Shown piece by piece: positions 9,683-20,921 of a stretch of 64,000 nt of DNA (positions within the stretch are counted from its first letter, which is position 1; every line of letters begins with the position of its first letter). The stretch comes from an uncultured Chloroflexia bacterium (GTDB taxonomy: Bacteria > Chloroflexota > Anaerolineae > JAAYZQ01). A program made the translations under genes and the position numbers. The notes beneath the pieces were generated by a model, which ran no database searches, was not told the DNA's origin, and saw only the letters and a program-made list of their open reading frames with translations. Where the stretch lies: the NCBI GenBank assembly GCA_963700285.1, contig CAVOXA010000015.1:64001-128000 (forward strand), read 5' to 3'.

Positions 9683-12181
9683 ATGCTGAGCGGTTTGCGC
9701 AACCGTTTCCGCAGGGTGCGGGTACAGGATCTACTGCTCGAATTCACCCTTGACCTCGACAAAGAAGACAAACATGTCGCAAAGGTCTACTCGATGGTAG
9801 ACGGACAACGGGAGCAGGTCACCGATATCCGTGGCTTGTGGAGCTACGGGTTCACGTTGGAGCATCCGACCGGACAGTACTCCATCAGCAGGGAGACCTG
9901 TGAGACGCTACTTGCCATGCGCTCCCTGAATCCCAACATCCAGCCGGATGGTAGCATGGTCTTTGATGTCTGTCCACCCGTGCTCCGCTACCTGAGGACT
10001 CGGGCCGCCATCGATGAAGCACTGACATCCAAAGAGTTAGAGATCGCAGAGAAACCACTGGAGCCAGCCTCTTTGGTAGACTTTGAACCCGGGAAGGGCC
10101 TCAAGGTCCGGTCCGGATTCCGCCAAGACGGAAAAGGTGACTTCATCGCCCGGGACAAGCTCGAGCTCACACCCGACAAAGGTTATGTACGAACTGGCAA
10201 ATGCTTCTATCCTGTGGACCAGAACCTCAATCCCAAGATCAAGGAATGGATAGACAGAGTAGTCACGAATGTACCGCTCGATCGTATCCCAGAGTTCTTC
10301 AAGAGGGATCTCGTCCTTCTCAAGACTCAAATGAGTGCGGTGCTGACAGAGAGAGCGAACAGCATCCAAATCATCGATTCCCAGTTCTCACCGCGCGTGC
10401 GTGTCGAGTCGGACGAGCCAGGCTGGCTGGACTTTCAGGTGGACTATGTTGTGGGTGACTACGAACTGCCTGCTGACCTGATTCGCAGGGCAAAGCAAGA
10501 ATACGTCCAGCCTGATGACCACACATGGGTCAGCTTGGACAGCCAAACCATTGCAGATACCGAGAAGCGCCTCCGCGAGTTGGGGGCACAACCGATCGCC
10601 GGAGGATTTCGTGTGCCGGTAACCCAGTTTGCATCCCTTGAGGAGTTTATTGAACAGATTGGGGGAATTCGCGAGGTCTCCGCAGACTATGCCCGTTTCC
10701 TCGAGCAAATCACGGACTTTCAGGCCGACGAGCACTTCCGGCTGCCAGCTGAGGTCGAGATCCGTTTGGTCTCCAGTGGCATTAACCTCCGCCCCTACCA
10801 GCGAGCCGGCATTCACTGGCTGAACTGGCTGGTCACGCATCATCTCCATGGTGTTCTTGCCGACGATATGGGCCTTGGAAAGACCATCCAGACCATCGCC
10901 ACTATGGCTCAGCGCTATCGGGACGAAGATGCTGCACAACATAGTCTTGTTGTCTGTCCCAAGTCGGTGGTGCACTTCTGGGCTCGCGAGATACAGCGCT
11001 GCATTCCCAACGCGCTGGTCTACGAATATGTGGGCCCGTCGCGGAGCCGTGACCTGTGGAAGGCTGCCAAACCTATCATCTTCATCAGTACCTATGAGAC
11101 TGTGGCCCGTGACATAGGGCTCATCCAGCCAGTCCCTTTCTTTTTCTTGGTCTTGGATGAAGCCACCAAAATCAAGAATCCGAATACGCAGCGGACGAAA
11201 GCTATCAAGCATCTAAATTCAGTACACAGGGTTGCCCTAAGTGGCACACCCATCGAGAATCGCCCCGCAGAGCTGTGGTCACTCTTTGATTTCCTCATGA
11301 AGGGGCATCTAGGAACCTATGGCAAGTTCATTCGCCTGTTTGAGAACCCCATCACGTCTGGTGACGATCGTGCGGCCCAACGACTCTCAAGGCGCATCCG
11401 GCCCTTTGTCCTCCGGCGACTGAAAGGACAGGTTGCAAAAGACCTCCCGGAAAAGATCGAGATGGACATCTGGTGCGAACTGACAAACGAGCAGAAATCC
11501 CTCTATGGCCAGATTCAGGATACCTACGCCGACCCCGTCCGCCAAGCGTTGGACGGAGGAGAGCAGGTGAGCTATGCTACCAGCATCCTTCCGGTGTTGA
11601 CCAAGCTGAAGCAGGTGTGTGACCATCCCGCTCTGATCACCGGGGAAGTGAACCCCGTCGATGGCCGATCGGAAAAGCTAGACAGGGTTGTCAGGAAGGT
11701 CGAAGAAGTGAAGGGGCAAGGCGAACACATTGTACTCTTTAGTCATTTTCTTGCCACCCTGGACCTTCTCGAGATCGCATTCAAGCAAAGAGGTATCACC
11801 TACATCCGCCTCGATGGATCGACTGGGAATCGGCAGCAGCTCATCGATCATTTCAACAGGTCTCGGGTCGATGCTGCGCTCTGCAGCATTCAGGCGGTTG
11901 GTCACGGCATCAGTTTAACGGCAGCCAACCACGTCATCCATATTGACCGGTGGTGGAACCCTGCCGTCGAAGACCAGGCCACAGACCGCGTTCACCGCAT
12001 CGGTCAAGATAGGACAGTCTACGTGTACAGGGTACTCGTCGCTGGAACACTGGAGGAAAAGATAGCGCTCCTCTTGGAAAAGAAGCGAAACATCTCGGAT
12101 AGGATTGTAGGCGCTGCGGTCGGACAGGAAATGCGCTGGACCAGGGACGAGCTATTGGAACTCCTGAAGCCCCTGGAATAG
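9683..12181 (+). CDS. SNF2-family helicase/ATPase with uncharacterised N-terminal region
   Basis: LRPYQ, LADDMGLGKT, DEATKIKN, LSGTPIEN, LKQVCDHP, WWNPAVEDQATDRVHRIGQ; RBS GGAGG. Confidence 0.9.
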   Translation: MLSGLRNRFRRVRVQDLLLEFTLDLDKEDKHVAKVYSMVDGQREQVTDIRGLWSYGFTLEHPTGQYSISRETCETLLAMRSLNPNIQPDGSMVFDVCPPVLRYLRTRAAIDEALTSKELEIAEKPLEPASLVDFEPGKGLKVRSGFRQDGKGDFIARDKLELTPDKGYVRTGKCFYPVDQNLNPKIKEWIDRVVTNVPLDRIPEFFKRDLVLLKTQMSAVLTERANSIQIIDSQFSPRVRVESDEPGWLDFQVDYVVGDYELPADLIRRAKQEYVQPDDHTWVSLDSQTIADTEKRLRELGAQPIAGGFRVPVTQFASLEEFIEQIGGIREVSADYARFLEQITDFQADEHFRLPAEVEIRLVSSGINLRPYQRAGIHWLNWLVTHHLHGVLADDMGLGKTIQTIATMAQRYRDEDAAQHSLVVCPKSVVHFWAREIQRCIPNALVYEYVGPSRSRDLWKAAKPIIFISTYETVARDIGLIQPVPFFFLVLDEATKIKNPNTQRTKAIKHLNSVHRVALSGTPIENRPAELWSLFDFLMKGHLGTYGKFIRLFENPITSGDDRAAQRLSRRIRPFVLRRLKGQVAKDLPEKIEMDIWCELTNEQKSLYGQIQDTYADPVRQALDGGEQVSYATSILPVLTKLKQVCDHPALITGEVNPVDGRSEKLDRVVRKVEEVKGQGEHIVLFSHFLATLDLLEIAFKQRGITYIRLDGSTGNRQQLIDHFNRSRVDAALCSIQAVGHGISLTAANHVIHIDRWWNPAVEDQATDRVHRIGQDRTVYVYRVLVAGTLEEKIALLLEKKRNISDRIVGAAVGQEMRWTRDELLELLKPLE

Positions 12182-12382
12182 GCTGGGTCCATGCAGCGCA
12201 GGCTGGCTTGAAGCAAACCTTCCTGAGAGCCCACAACGCTGCATCCGCGAGTCACCGCAGGTAGAACTGCCAGGGCAACCAGCGGCCAGCCCGCCTGCGC
12301 CCGAGATTCAGCCGATTGTCACCAGCTACCCGGCATCAATCGAGCCGCGCCTTCTATCCCCTCTCCATCCTCCATCTACCCC

Positions 12383-12430
12383 TTGCCAACCTCCCCCAAC
12401 TATGCTACAATGCAATTAGAACATTAGTTC
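12383..12430 (+). promoter_or_regulatory. Sigma70 promoter followed by a LexA (Cheo-type) SOS box
   Basis: TTGCCA-17-TACAAT with extended TG; GAAC-ATTA-GTTC at 12419-12430. Confidence 0.75.
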
Positions 12431-12457
12431 GATATACACCAAGAAAGGAGCCCGACC

Positions 12458-13636
12458 ATGCCCCTCGAGCCCTACAGACACATACCCTATCCCTCTCTCC
12501 ACGACCTCTCCGGCAAGTTCCCACCCGTCGACTGGCTCTGGCCCTCCTGGATCCCCCGCGGCATGCTCACCCTCTTCGGCGCCTCCCCCGGCGTGGGCAA
12601 ATCCTTCGTCGCCCTCGACCTCGCCCGCCGCATCATCCACGGCCAGCCCTTTCCCGATGGCGCTCCCGCGCCCAGCCCCGGCGCCGATGTGCTCATCGTC
12701 GATGCCGAGGGCGCACCCGCTCTCCTCAACCAGCGCGCCCAGGCCTGGGGCATCGACAGCAGCCGTCTCTACCTCATGTTGTCGCCCGATCGTACGGGCT
12801 TCATTGACCTCGTCCAGCCAGGACAAATTCGCCTGCTCACCCTCATGATCAACGAAATCCGTCCCGCTCTCATAGTCGTCGACTCCCTGGCCGCCGCCAC
12901 CAGCCGCGGCGAGACCAGCCTCCAGAGCGCTCGCGACATCCTCGGCGGCCTCTCCACGCTCGCCAGGGTGTTCAACACGGCCATCCTCGTCATCCACCAC
13001 CTGCGCAAGCGTACCCGCTCAGGAGCCGCCGCCCCATCTCCCCAGGTCTCCATCGACGACCTCCGCGGCTCCTCCCACCTAAGCGCCGCCGCCCGCTCCG
13101 TCCTAGCCCTAAGTCTATCCCGAGCCCCTGAGGGACCTGCCGAACGCTCTCCCTCTTTCCCAATCTCCCCCTCTCCCCATCACGAGTCCCCCTCTCTCCC
13201 CATCTCCCCCTCTCCCTCTCGCGGGTCCCCCCCTCTCCCCCTCTCTCCATCTCCCCCTCAGCCTGTCACTCGCCGCCTCGAAGTAGTAAAAACCAACCTC
13301 TGCCGCCACCCGCCTCCCCTCGCCCTGCGCTTCGAAGGTGAAGGCGTAGCCGTTCCCACGCTACACTATTCAGAATGGGTAGAACCGCCTCCTCCGCCCA
13401 CCCAGCTCGACCTTTGCGCCCGGTGGCTCATCGACTACCTCGCCGACGCCGATTCCCCCGTCAAGCCCGCCGACGTCGTCCGCGCCGCCGTGGAACAGGG
13501 CTTCTCCCGTCCAACCCTCTACCGCGCCCGCCAGGCCCTTGCCGGCAAGGTCATAGACCTCGGCAACAGCCCTCACGACCCCAACAAGCGCTGGACCCTC
13601 GTCCCTCCGTCTCCAGATCAGGATGCCCATAACTGA
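12458..13636 (+). CDS. AAA_25 (RecA/RepA-helicase-like) ATPase with C-terminal winged-helix-like region
   Basis: VDWLWPSWIPRGMLTLFGASPGVGKS, IVVDSL, LVIHHLRK, LRGSS, LEVVKTNL, GFSRPTLYRAR; RBS AAGGAG. Confidence 0.8.
   Translation: MPLEPYRHIPYPSLHDLSGKFPPVDWLWPSWIPRGMLTLFGASPGVGKSFVALDLARRIIHGQPFPDGAPAPSPGADVLIVDAEGAPALLNQRAQAWGIDSSRLYLMLSPDRTGFIDLVQPGQIRLLTLMINEIRPALIVVDSLAAATSRGETSLQSARDILGGLSTLARVFNTAILVIHHLRKRTRSGAAAPSPQVSIDDLRGSSHLSAAARSVLALSLSRAPEGPAERSPSFPISPSPHHESPSLPISPSPSRGSPPLPLSPSPPQPVTRRLEVVKTNLCRHPPPLALRFEGEGVAVPTLHYSEWVEPPPPPTQLDLCARWLIDYLADADSPVKPADVVRAAVEQGFSRPTLYRARQALAGKVIDLGNSPHDPNKRWTLVPPSPDQDAHN
13148..13264 (+). repeat. Three imperfect in-frame 39-bp pyrimidine-rich tandem repeats
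   Basis: Encode SPSFPISPSPHHE / SPSLPISPSPSRG / SPPLPLSPSPPQP. Confidence 0.75.
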
Positions 13637-13827
13637 GGAATGAAGCATCACAGCCGCTTTCAACCGCCTGAACGGAGGCACGCTGCCCTTCAAGCCCCAT
13701 TTCATTCGGCGCTGCTATGTAGTCAATTCATTGCCGGGCGGTCCGCCTACAGCACGATTCTCACTGAAAACGATACCCCTGCCACTGGTAACGCATCAAT
13801 TTTGCTGGAAAGGCCACCAAGCGTACC

Positions 13828-13920
13828 CGTCATTCCCGCATGCTTTTGGCGGGAATCCACGCCACCAGCAACCGCCACGTCCGCAGAGTGGATGCCCGCT
13901 AGAACCATGCGGGCATGACA
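13828..13920. repeat. Second family of CGTC-type palindromic element (GTCATTCCCGC type)
   Basis: CGTCATTCCCGC-ATGCTTTTG-GCGGGAATCCAC...GTGGATGCCCGC...GCGGGCATGACA: two hairpins in inverted arrangement. Confidence 0.75.
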
Positions 13921-14122
13921 GGATTTATGTTTTGAACCATAGTGCTTGAATCCCGAGGAATGGAGCTTCACAGCCGGTTTCAACCGGCGCCGCTCAGTAG
14001 CTCTGTGGCTTCAGTCCCGCGCCTTTGGCCGCGCGCGGTCTGCTTGCCAATGGAGGGAACGTTACAATAACAAGAGGGCACACACCGGGACAGTGAGACA
14101 CTGAGACAGTAGAAGGGCATAC

Positions 14123-14213
14123 CACCAGCTCTCAGCCCAGCACCGGCTCTTCCAGGCCGGTGCAAATCACCGGCTCTCAGCCCAGCACCGGCTCTTCCAG
14201 GCCGGTGCAAATC
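14123..14213. repeat. 45-bp tandem duplication including the tgt 3' end and stop codon
   Basis: CACC(A/G)GCTCTCAGCCCAGCACCGGCTCTTCCAGGCCGGTGCAAAT present twice. Confidence 0.85.
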
Positions 14214-15301
14214 CGTTCCATCAACTGCGTGTAGAACCGCAGGTTGTGCAGCGTCGCCAGCCGCAGCCCCAGCGGATCGCCCACGTCAAAGAGATGGTGC
14301 AGGTAGGCCAGCGAGTAGTCCTGGCAGCAGGGGCAGTCGCAGGCCGCCGAGATCGGCCCTCTCTGCCGCTTGTGCTTCTCGTCCCGCACGTAGACAAAGT
14401 GGTAGAAATCGGGGGCCGGCAGGTCCACCTCGTCCAGGCTCGCCGCATTGAAGGCGTACAGCCGCCCGTGGCGGGCGTCGCGGGTGGGCAGCACGCAGTC
14501 AAAGATGCGCCAGCCCATCTGGTAGCAGCGGACAATGTGCTCCGGCTTGCCCACCCCCAGGGCAAAGCGGGGCAGGTGATCGGGCACCAGGCTGGCCGTG
14601 TAGGCCAGGATCTCCTCGGCCAGCTCGCCCTCGGGCGTGAGGGGCCAGCCGCCAAAGCCAAAGCCGTCAAAGCCCAGGGGCAGCAGCTCCTCGGCACAGC
14701 GCTGCGCGCATCGCCTTGTCATAGCCGCCCTGGATGACGCCAAAGAGCAGGGGCCGCGGCCCCTCGCCCTGGCCCCGCGCCTTCAGCAGCCGGTCGAACT
14801 CCTCCCGGCAGCGCCGTGCCCAGTGGATCGTCCGCTCCACCGCCGTCTCGACCTCCTGCCGGTGACGGCGTCGGGGCTGGGGCAGTCGTCCAGGCAGATC
14901 ATCAGGTCGGTGCCCAGGTCGAACTGGAGCCGGATGCTGCGCTCCGGGGTGAACAGCACCTTCTCGCGCTTGCCGTCGATGTCGGCAAAGTGGATGCCCC
15001 GGTCGGAGATGGTGCCGTACCTGGGGTTCTCGCGGATCATGGACATGAGCTGGAAGCCGCCCGAGTCGGAGGCGATGGGCCGCCGCCAGCCCATGAAGTC
15101 GTGGATGCCCCCGGCGCGCTTGATCAGGCCCACGCCGGGCCGGGTGGAGAGGTGAAAGACGTTGACCACCAGACCCCGCACGCCGCAGGCCTCCAGGTCG
15201 CGGCTGTCCACGGTGCGCACCACGCCCCGCGTCGCGTCGGGAAAGTAGACGGGCAGGTGCAGCGGGCCATGGGCCGTCTCGAGCACGGTGGGGATGGTCA
15301 T
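14177..15301 (-). CDS. tgt: tRNA-guanine transglycosylase; frameshifted near 14700-14860
   Basis: DSGGFQ, GVIQGG, ALGVGKP, FDCVLPTRDARHG, CDCPCC, LATLHNL. Confidence 0.85.
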
Positions 15302-15349
15302 CGATCGCTGCCTCCTCAGCCCGCTGCCCGTCTGTCCCAGCAGGCGGCA

Positions 15350-16047
15350 TCAGGGCGGCGGTGCGATGACCAGGGTGAACTCGCCCCGGGGCTTGTGGTC
15401 GCGGTAGTGGGCCAGCAGCTCGGCCGCCGTGCCGCGCCGGATCTCTTCGTAGAGCTTGGTCAGCTCGCAGGCGACGGCCATCGGCCGCTCGCCGAAGAGG
15501 CTGCTCCAGATCGGCCAGCGTATCAAGCAGACGGTGGGGCGATTCGTAGGCGACCAGGGTGAAGGGGCTGTCGACCAGCGAGGCCAGCAGGTCGCGGCGG
15601 GCGCTGCGTGCCCGCGGCAGAAAACCAAGAAAGACGAAACGCTCGCCGGGCAGCCCCGCCACCGACAGCGCGGCCGCCAGGGCCGTCGGGCCGGGCACGG
15701 GCACGACGGGCACGCCCCGCTCCAGGACAGCCGTGATCAGCTCGTAGCCGGGATCGGCCAGGCCGGGCATGCCCGCCTCCGAGACCAGGGCCACGTCGCC
15801 CTCCTCCAGCGCCGCCAGGACCGCCTGCATCCGGCTGCTGTTTCTTGCGCTCGTAGGCGTCGGTGTAGCGCATCATGGGCGTGTGAATCTCGTAGCGGGC
15901 CAGCAGGCGCTGGGTACGCGCTGGATTCTCCGAGGCGATCAGGCTGACCTGGCGCAGAACGCGCAGCGCTCGGGCGCTGATGTCCTCCAGGTTGCCGATT
16001 GGTGTGCCGACGATGTACAGGGTGCCCATTCGCCTCGAACCGCTCAT
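15350..16047 (-). CDS. rsmI: 16S rRNA C1402 2'-O-methyltransferase; frameshifted; alternative start 16029
   Basis: LYIVGTPIGNLEDIS, VSEAGMPGLADPG, YESPHRL, ELTKLYEE, RGEFTLVI. Confidence 0.9.
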
Positions 16048-16858
16048 GCTTCGCTGACCACGATAAGACCAATTCGGTCTCAAAGACCAGCTCCTGGACC
16101 GACCAGTTCCGACTCTACGACCGAGTCCCAGGAACTGCTGGCCGGTAGTGATCCAGCATCCCCTTTTCCCGCCCGCCCAGGCTCTTGACGGCAAAGCTCA
16201 CCACGACAAGGGGCGCGTTGAGCTGCTCCAGCAGGCGCAGCGTGCTGCCCTGCCTCCTGGCGCTCCAGGGAGGGGCTCATCTTGAGCAGCAAGGCCAGGT
16301 CGGCCTCGTCGTCCGGCGGCTGGACCAGAACGTCCTGGCAGCGGGCCAGCGGCTCCAGCCCAGCCAGCGGCCAGGTAGCGGTTCAGAAAGGAGATGCGCT
16401 CGGCGTCAATGTCCAGGGCGATGTAGCGAGGCGCATCGGCCGGCAGGCCCATCCAGGGCAGGGCCAGCGGATTCAGGCCGCAGCCCAGGTCGAGGATCGA
16501 GTCGGGGCTCGGCCGGTGACTGCAAAGATAGCGCGGATAGAAGCTGTCGAGGATGGGCAGGCGCTCGCGGGTGGAGCTGTGCAGCACCAGGACCTGCTGG
16601 CAGGCGGCCTTGATCTCTGCATCTGATCCGATTCGGTAGGCCGCGTGCCAGCCGCTGGTAGGCGGCCTCATAGTCAACGTCTTCCTCAAAGGCGCCATAG
16701 ACCTGGTGAAGCCGCCGCTTGGTCGCCTTGATGGCGCCCTTGACGTTGCCACGATTTGCCAGTTCACGCTGCGGCAATGCGGCGGACCGTATCGCTACAG
16801 ACCGCACGATACTTTTTTGAGGAGCTACGGCAGAGACGACCCGCTCCAGATCCAGCAC
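16044..16858 (-). CDS. Rmt/ArmA/FmrO-family 16S rRNA m7G1405 methyltransferase homolog; frameshifted, ends approximate
   Basis: KRRLHQVYGAF, LHSSTRERLP, SILDLGCGLNPLALPWM, YIALDID, LLLK..P.LERQ, VSFAVKSLGGREKGM. Confidence 0.8.
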
Positions 16859-16953
16859 CGTGCTCTCTTCTCCCCTGCGCGTGGCTGTGGCCGCACCGTG
16901 AGCACGAATCTGGCCTTTGTAGGTATCCCGTCTGTTGCAGAGCCCGGCAATCA

Positions 16954-18437
<1,484 letters not shown>

Positions 18438-18582
18438 TTACCCCAGTTCAGTCTATTCCTGTCTGAAGGCCCGATTGGACCGTGATCTGGCATGCAACTA
18501 AACACACCAGTACCGGCACACATCCAGCGGTTGCTCGCCATCACTGGCTGCACGGCTCAGACATGGCGGCTCGAGGTCTGGC

Positions 18583-19765
18583 CTAGTACAGGAACATCGG
18601 CTTGCCCAGCATGTCGGCGATCTTGGGCCGGTACTGCTCTACGTCGTACATCTCGTCCACGTCCACCCGCTTGACGCCCGAGATGACGCGGTTGAGCGGC
18701 ACGTGGGTATACATGCCGTCGCGCAGGGCCACCATCCGCCCGGACCGCCCCTGAGACACCAGGTCCATGGCCAGCAGCCCGTAGCTGACGGCCACCATCC
18801 GGTCCAGCGAGTCGGGCGCGCCGCTGCGCATCAGGTAGCCCAGTTGCTGGTAGATGACGTTCTCGCCCGTGATCGCTTTCAGCTTCTCCCCGGTGAGCTT
18901 GCCGATGCCGCCCAGCTTCTTGTGGCCGTAGGCATCCTCATCGCCCTCATAGTGGATCAGATCGCCGCCAATCTCCCGCGCGCCCTCGGAGATGGTCATG
19001 ATGGCATAGTTGCTGGGATTGTTGTACTTGTCCTGGACCAGCAGCAGGGCCAGCTTCTGAACGTCAAAGGGTACCTCGGAGATGATGGCCCGGTCCACGT
19101 CAGCCAGGTAGGCGGAGATGAGAGACGTCTCGCCCGAGTTTCGTCCAAAGAGCTCGACGATGGCGATCCGCTCGTGAGAGCCGCTGGGCGTGCGCAGGTC
19201 GGTGATAAAGTCGACGCTGCGCGTCACGGCCGTCGAAAAGCCGATGCAATAGTCGGTGCCATAGACGTCGTTGTCCATCGTCTTGGGGATGGCTACCACC
19301 GGAAATCCCTCTTGGTGCAGGCGGGCTGCGTAGGACAGCGTATCGTCGCCGCCAATGGCGACCAGGGCATCTACCTCCAGGATGCTCCAGAACGCTGAGG
19401 ACATGGGGTGTAAAATCAAAGATTGCCTTCTCACCCTCACCCTCGACGGGTTCAGCCGTGCCTTCCAGAAAATCAGGAACATCTGCCGCCCTCACCCGCT
19501 GCGGATTGGTGCGTGACGTATGCAGAAAGGTACCTCCCGTGCGGTCAATGGTTCGCACGGTACTCTTGGTCAGGGGCATGAACAGGTTCTTCTGGGCCTG
19601 GGGGCTGTCCAGGTTGCAGTGCAAAAGCCCACCCCATCCCCGGCGGATGCCGAGCACATCCCAACCCCGATCGATCGCCGTTTCCACAACAGCCTTGATG
19701 GCCGGATTCAGGCCAGGGACATCACCCCCACCTGTCAGAATACCCAATTTCCTATTTCTGGCCAT
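18583..19765 (-). CDS. pfkA: 6-phosphofructokinase, possibly PPi-dependent; frameshift near 19400
   Basis: [42 protein letters not shown]. Confidence 0.85.
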
Positions 19766-19897
19766 CTTCTATCCTCCAGTGTTCGTGTGCTCCTTTGGCG
19801 CGGCCCTTGGGCGAAAGGGCCTGTGTCTGAGTATAGCACAGGTACGCGTGAACTGGCAACCACCATGGGCGATGCTGCGCCCCTGATTCCGATTTGT

Positions 19898-20869
19898 CTA
19901 GCTGCGCATCCCTCTCACTCCCTCGATGATGTAGAGGACGGCTCCGATCAGCCCCGCCAAAAGCAGCGTAGTGTCAAAGACCAGGGCCAGGGCCAGCCCC
20001 TGCTGGGCGGGTACACCTGCTTGGCCAAACAGAACCACATAGCCGGCCTCGCGCACGCCCAGGCCACCTATGGAGGGCACCATCAACAAAGCTGAAATGA
20101 TGGGGACAAAAAGAAAATAGTACCAGACCGACAGGTCAATGCCCACGGCCAGGCCCAGGAGGTAATTGATCAGGATGAGCATCAGGTTAAAGACCAGGGA
20201 TGCTGCTGTTGCCCGCAAGAGGGCGGCGGATCCATAGAGGTGGATAGACTCGTACAGCTCCCGCAGGATTTTGATCCGGCCCAGAAGCCGATTCACACCC
20301 AGTCGCCGGCCCCATGATTCGATCCAGGTGCGTTGCAGCAACAGAGCGACCCCAATCACGCAGGCTACAAATGCCGCACCGATGACGATGCGTACTTGCG
20401 ACGAGACCATTTCGTAGCCGCCAGCAGCCAGCGCCAGCAGAGCCATGGCAAAAAGGATAAAGAGACCCAGAAAGCGATCTACCAGGACCGAACTGATGGC
20501 GGCGGCTGTCTTGCGGCTGTCCTGCGACAGTTCAAATATCCGGACTACATCGCCCCCTACGCCGGTGGGTAGTACCAGGCTGAAAAACGATCCTACAAAG
20601 TAGAGGTCCACCAGTCGCCACCACGAAACCTGCACGCCCAAGCCCCAGACCAGCGAGCCCCAGCGGTAGGCGCGCACCAGCACACCACCCAGATACAATG
20701 CCTGGGCCAGCAAGAATGGGAGCCAGTTCATAGCAGCCAGGTACTGGAGGGATTGGCCGACATCCACCTGGGTGACCAATACGATGAGCAGACCCAGGCT
20801 GACGACAATCTTGAGCAAGTTTAGAATCTGTTGGCGCCGTTTCTTGTCCACGTCCAACTGCCACCTCAA
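19898..20869 (-). CDS. Flippase-like membrane protein (UPF0104 / LPG synthase TM family)
   Basis: RAYRW, LPTGVGGDVVR, VLVDRFLGL, PSIGGLGVREA. Confidence 0.85.
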   Translation of the reverse strand: MRWQLDVDKKRRQQILNLLKIVVSLGLLIVLVTQVDVGQSLQYLAAMNWLPFLLAQALYLGGVLVRAYRWGSLVWGLGVQVSWWRLVDLYFVGSFFSLVLPTGVGGDVVRIFELSQDSRKTAAAISSVLVDRFLGLFILFAMALLALAAGGYEMVSSQVRIVIGAAFVACVIGVALLLQRTWIESWGRRLGVNRLLGRIKILRELYESIHLYGSAALLRATAASLVFNLMLILINYLLGLAVGIDLSVWYYFLFVPIISALLMVPSIGGLGVREAGYVVLFGQAGVPAQQGLALALVFDTTLLLAGLIGAVLYIIEGVRGMRS

Positions 20870-20921
20870 GGCATGTGTAGCACATATGTATCGCGCCAGC
20901 AGAAGCGCATAGACGAATTTC

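Noticed and set aside
12458-13636. Prophage or diversity-generating retroelement
   Set aside because: No phage structural genes, integrase, reverse transcriptase or TR/VR repeat pair in the window.
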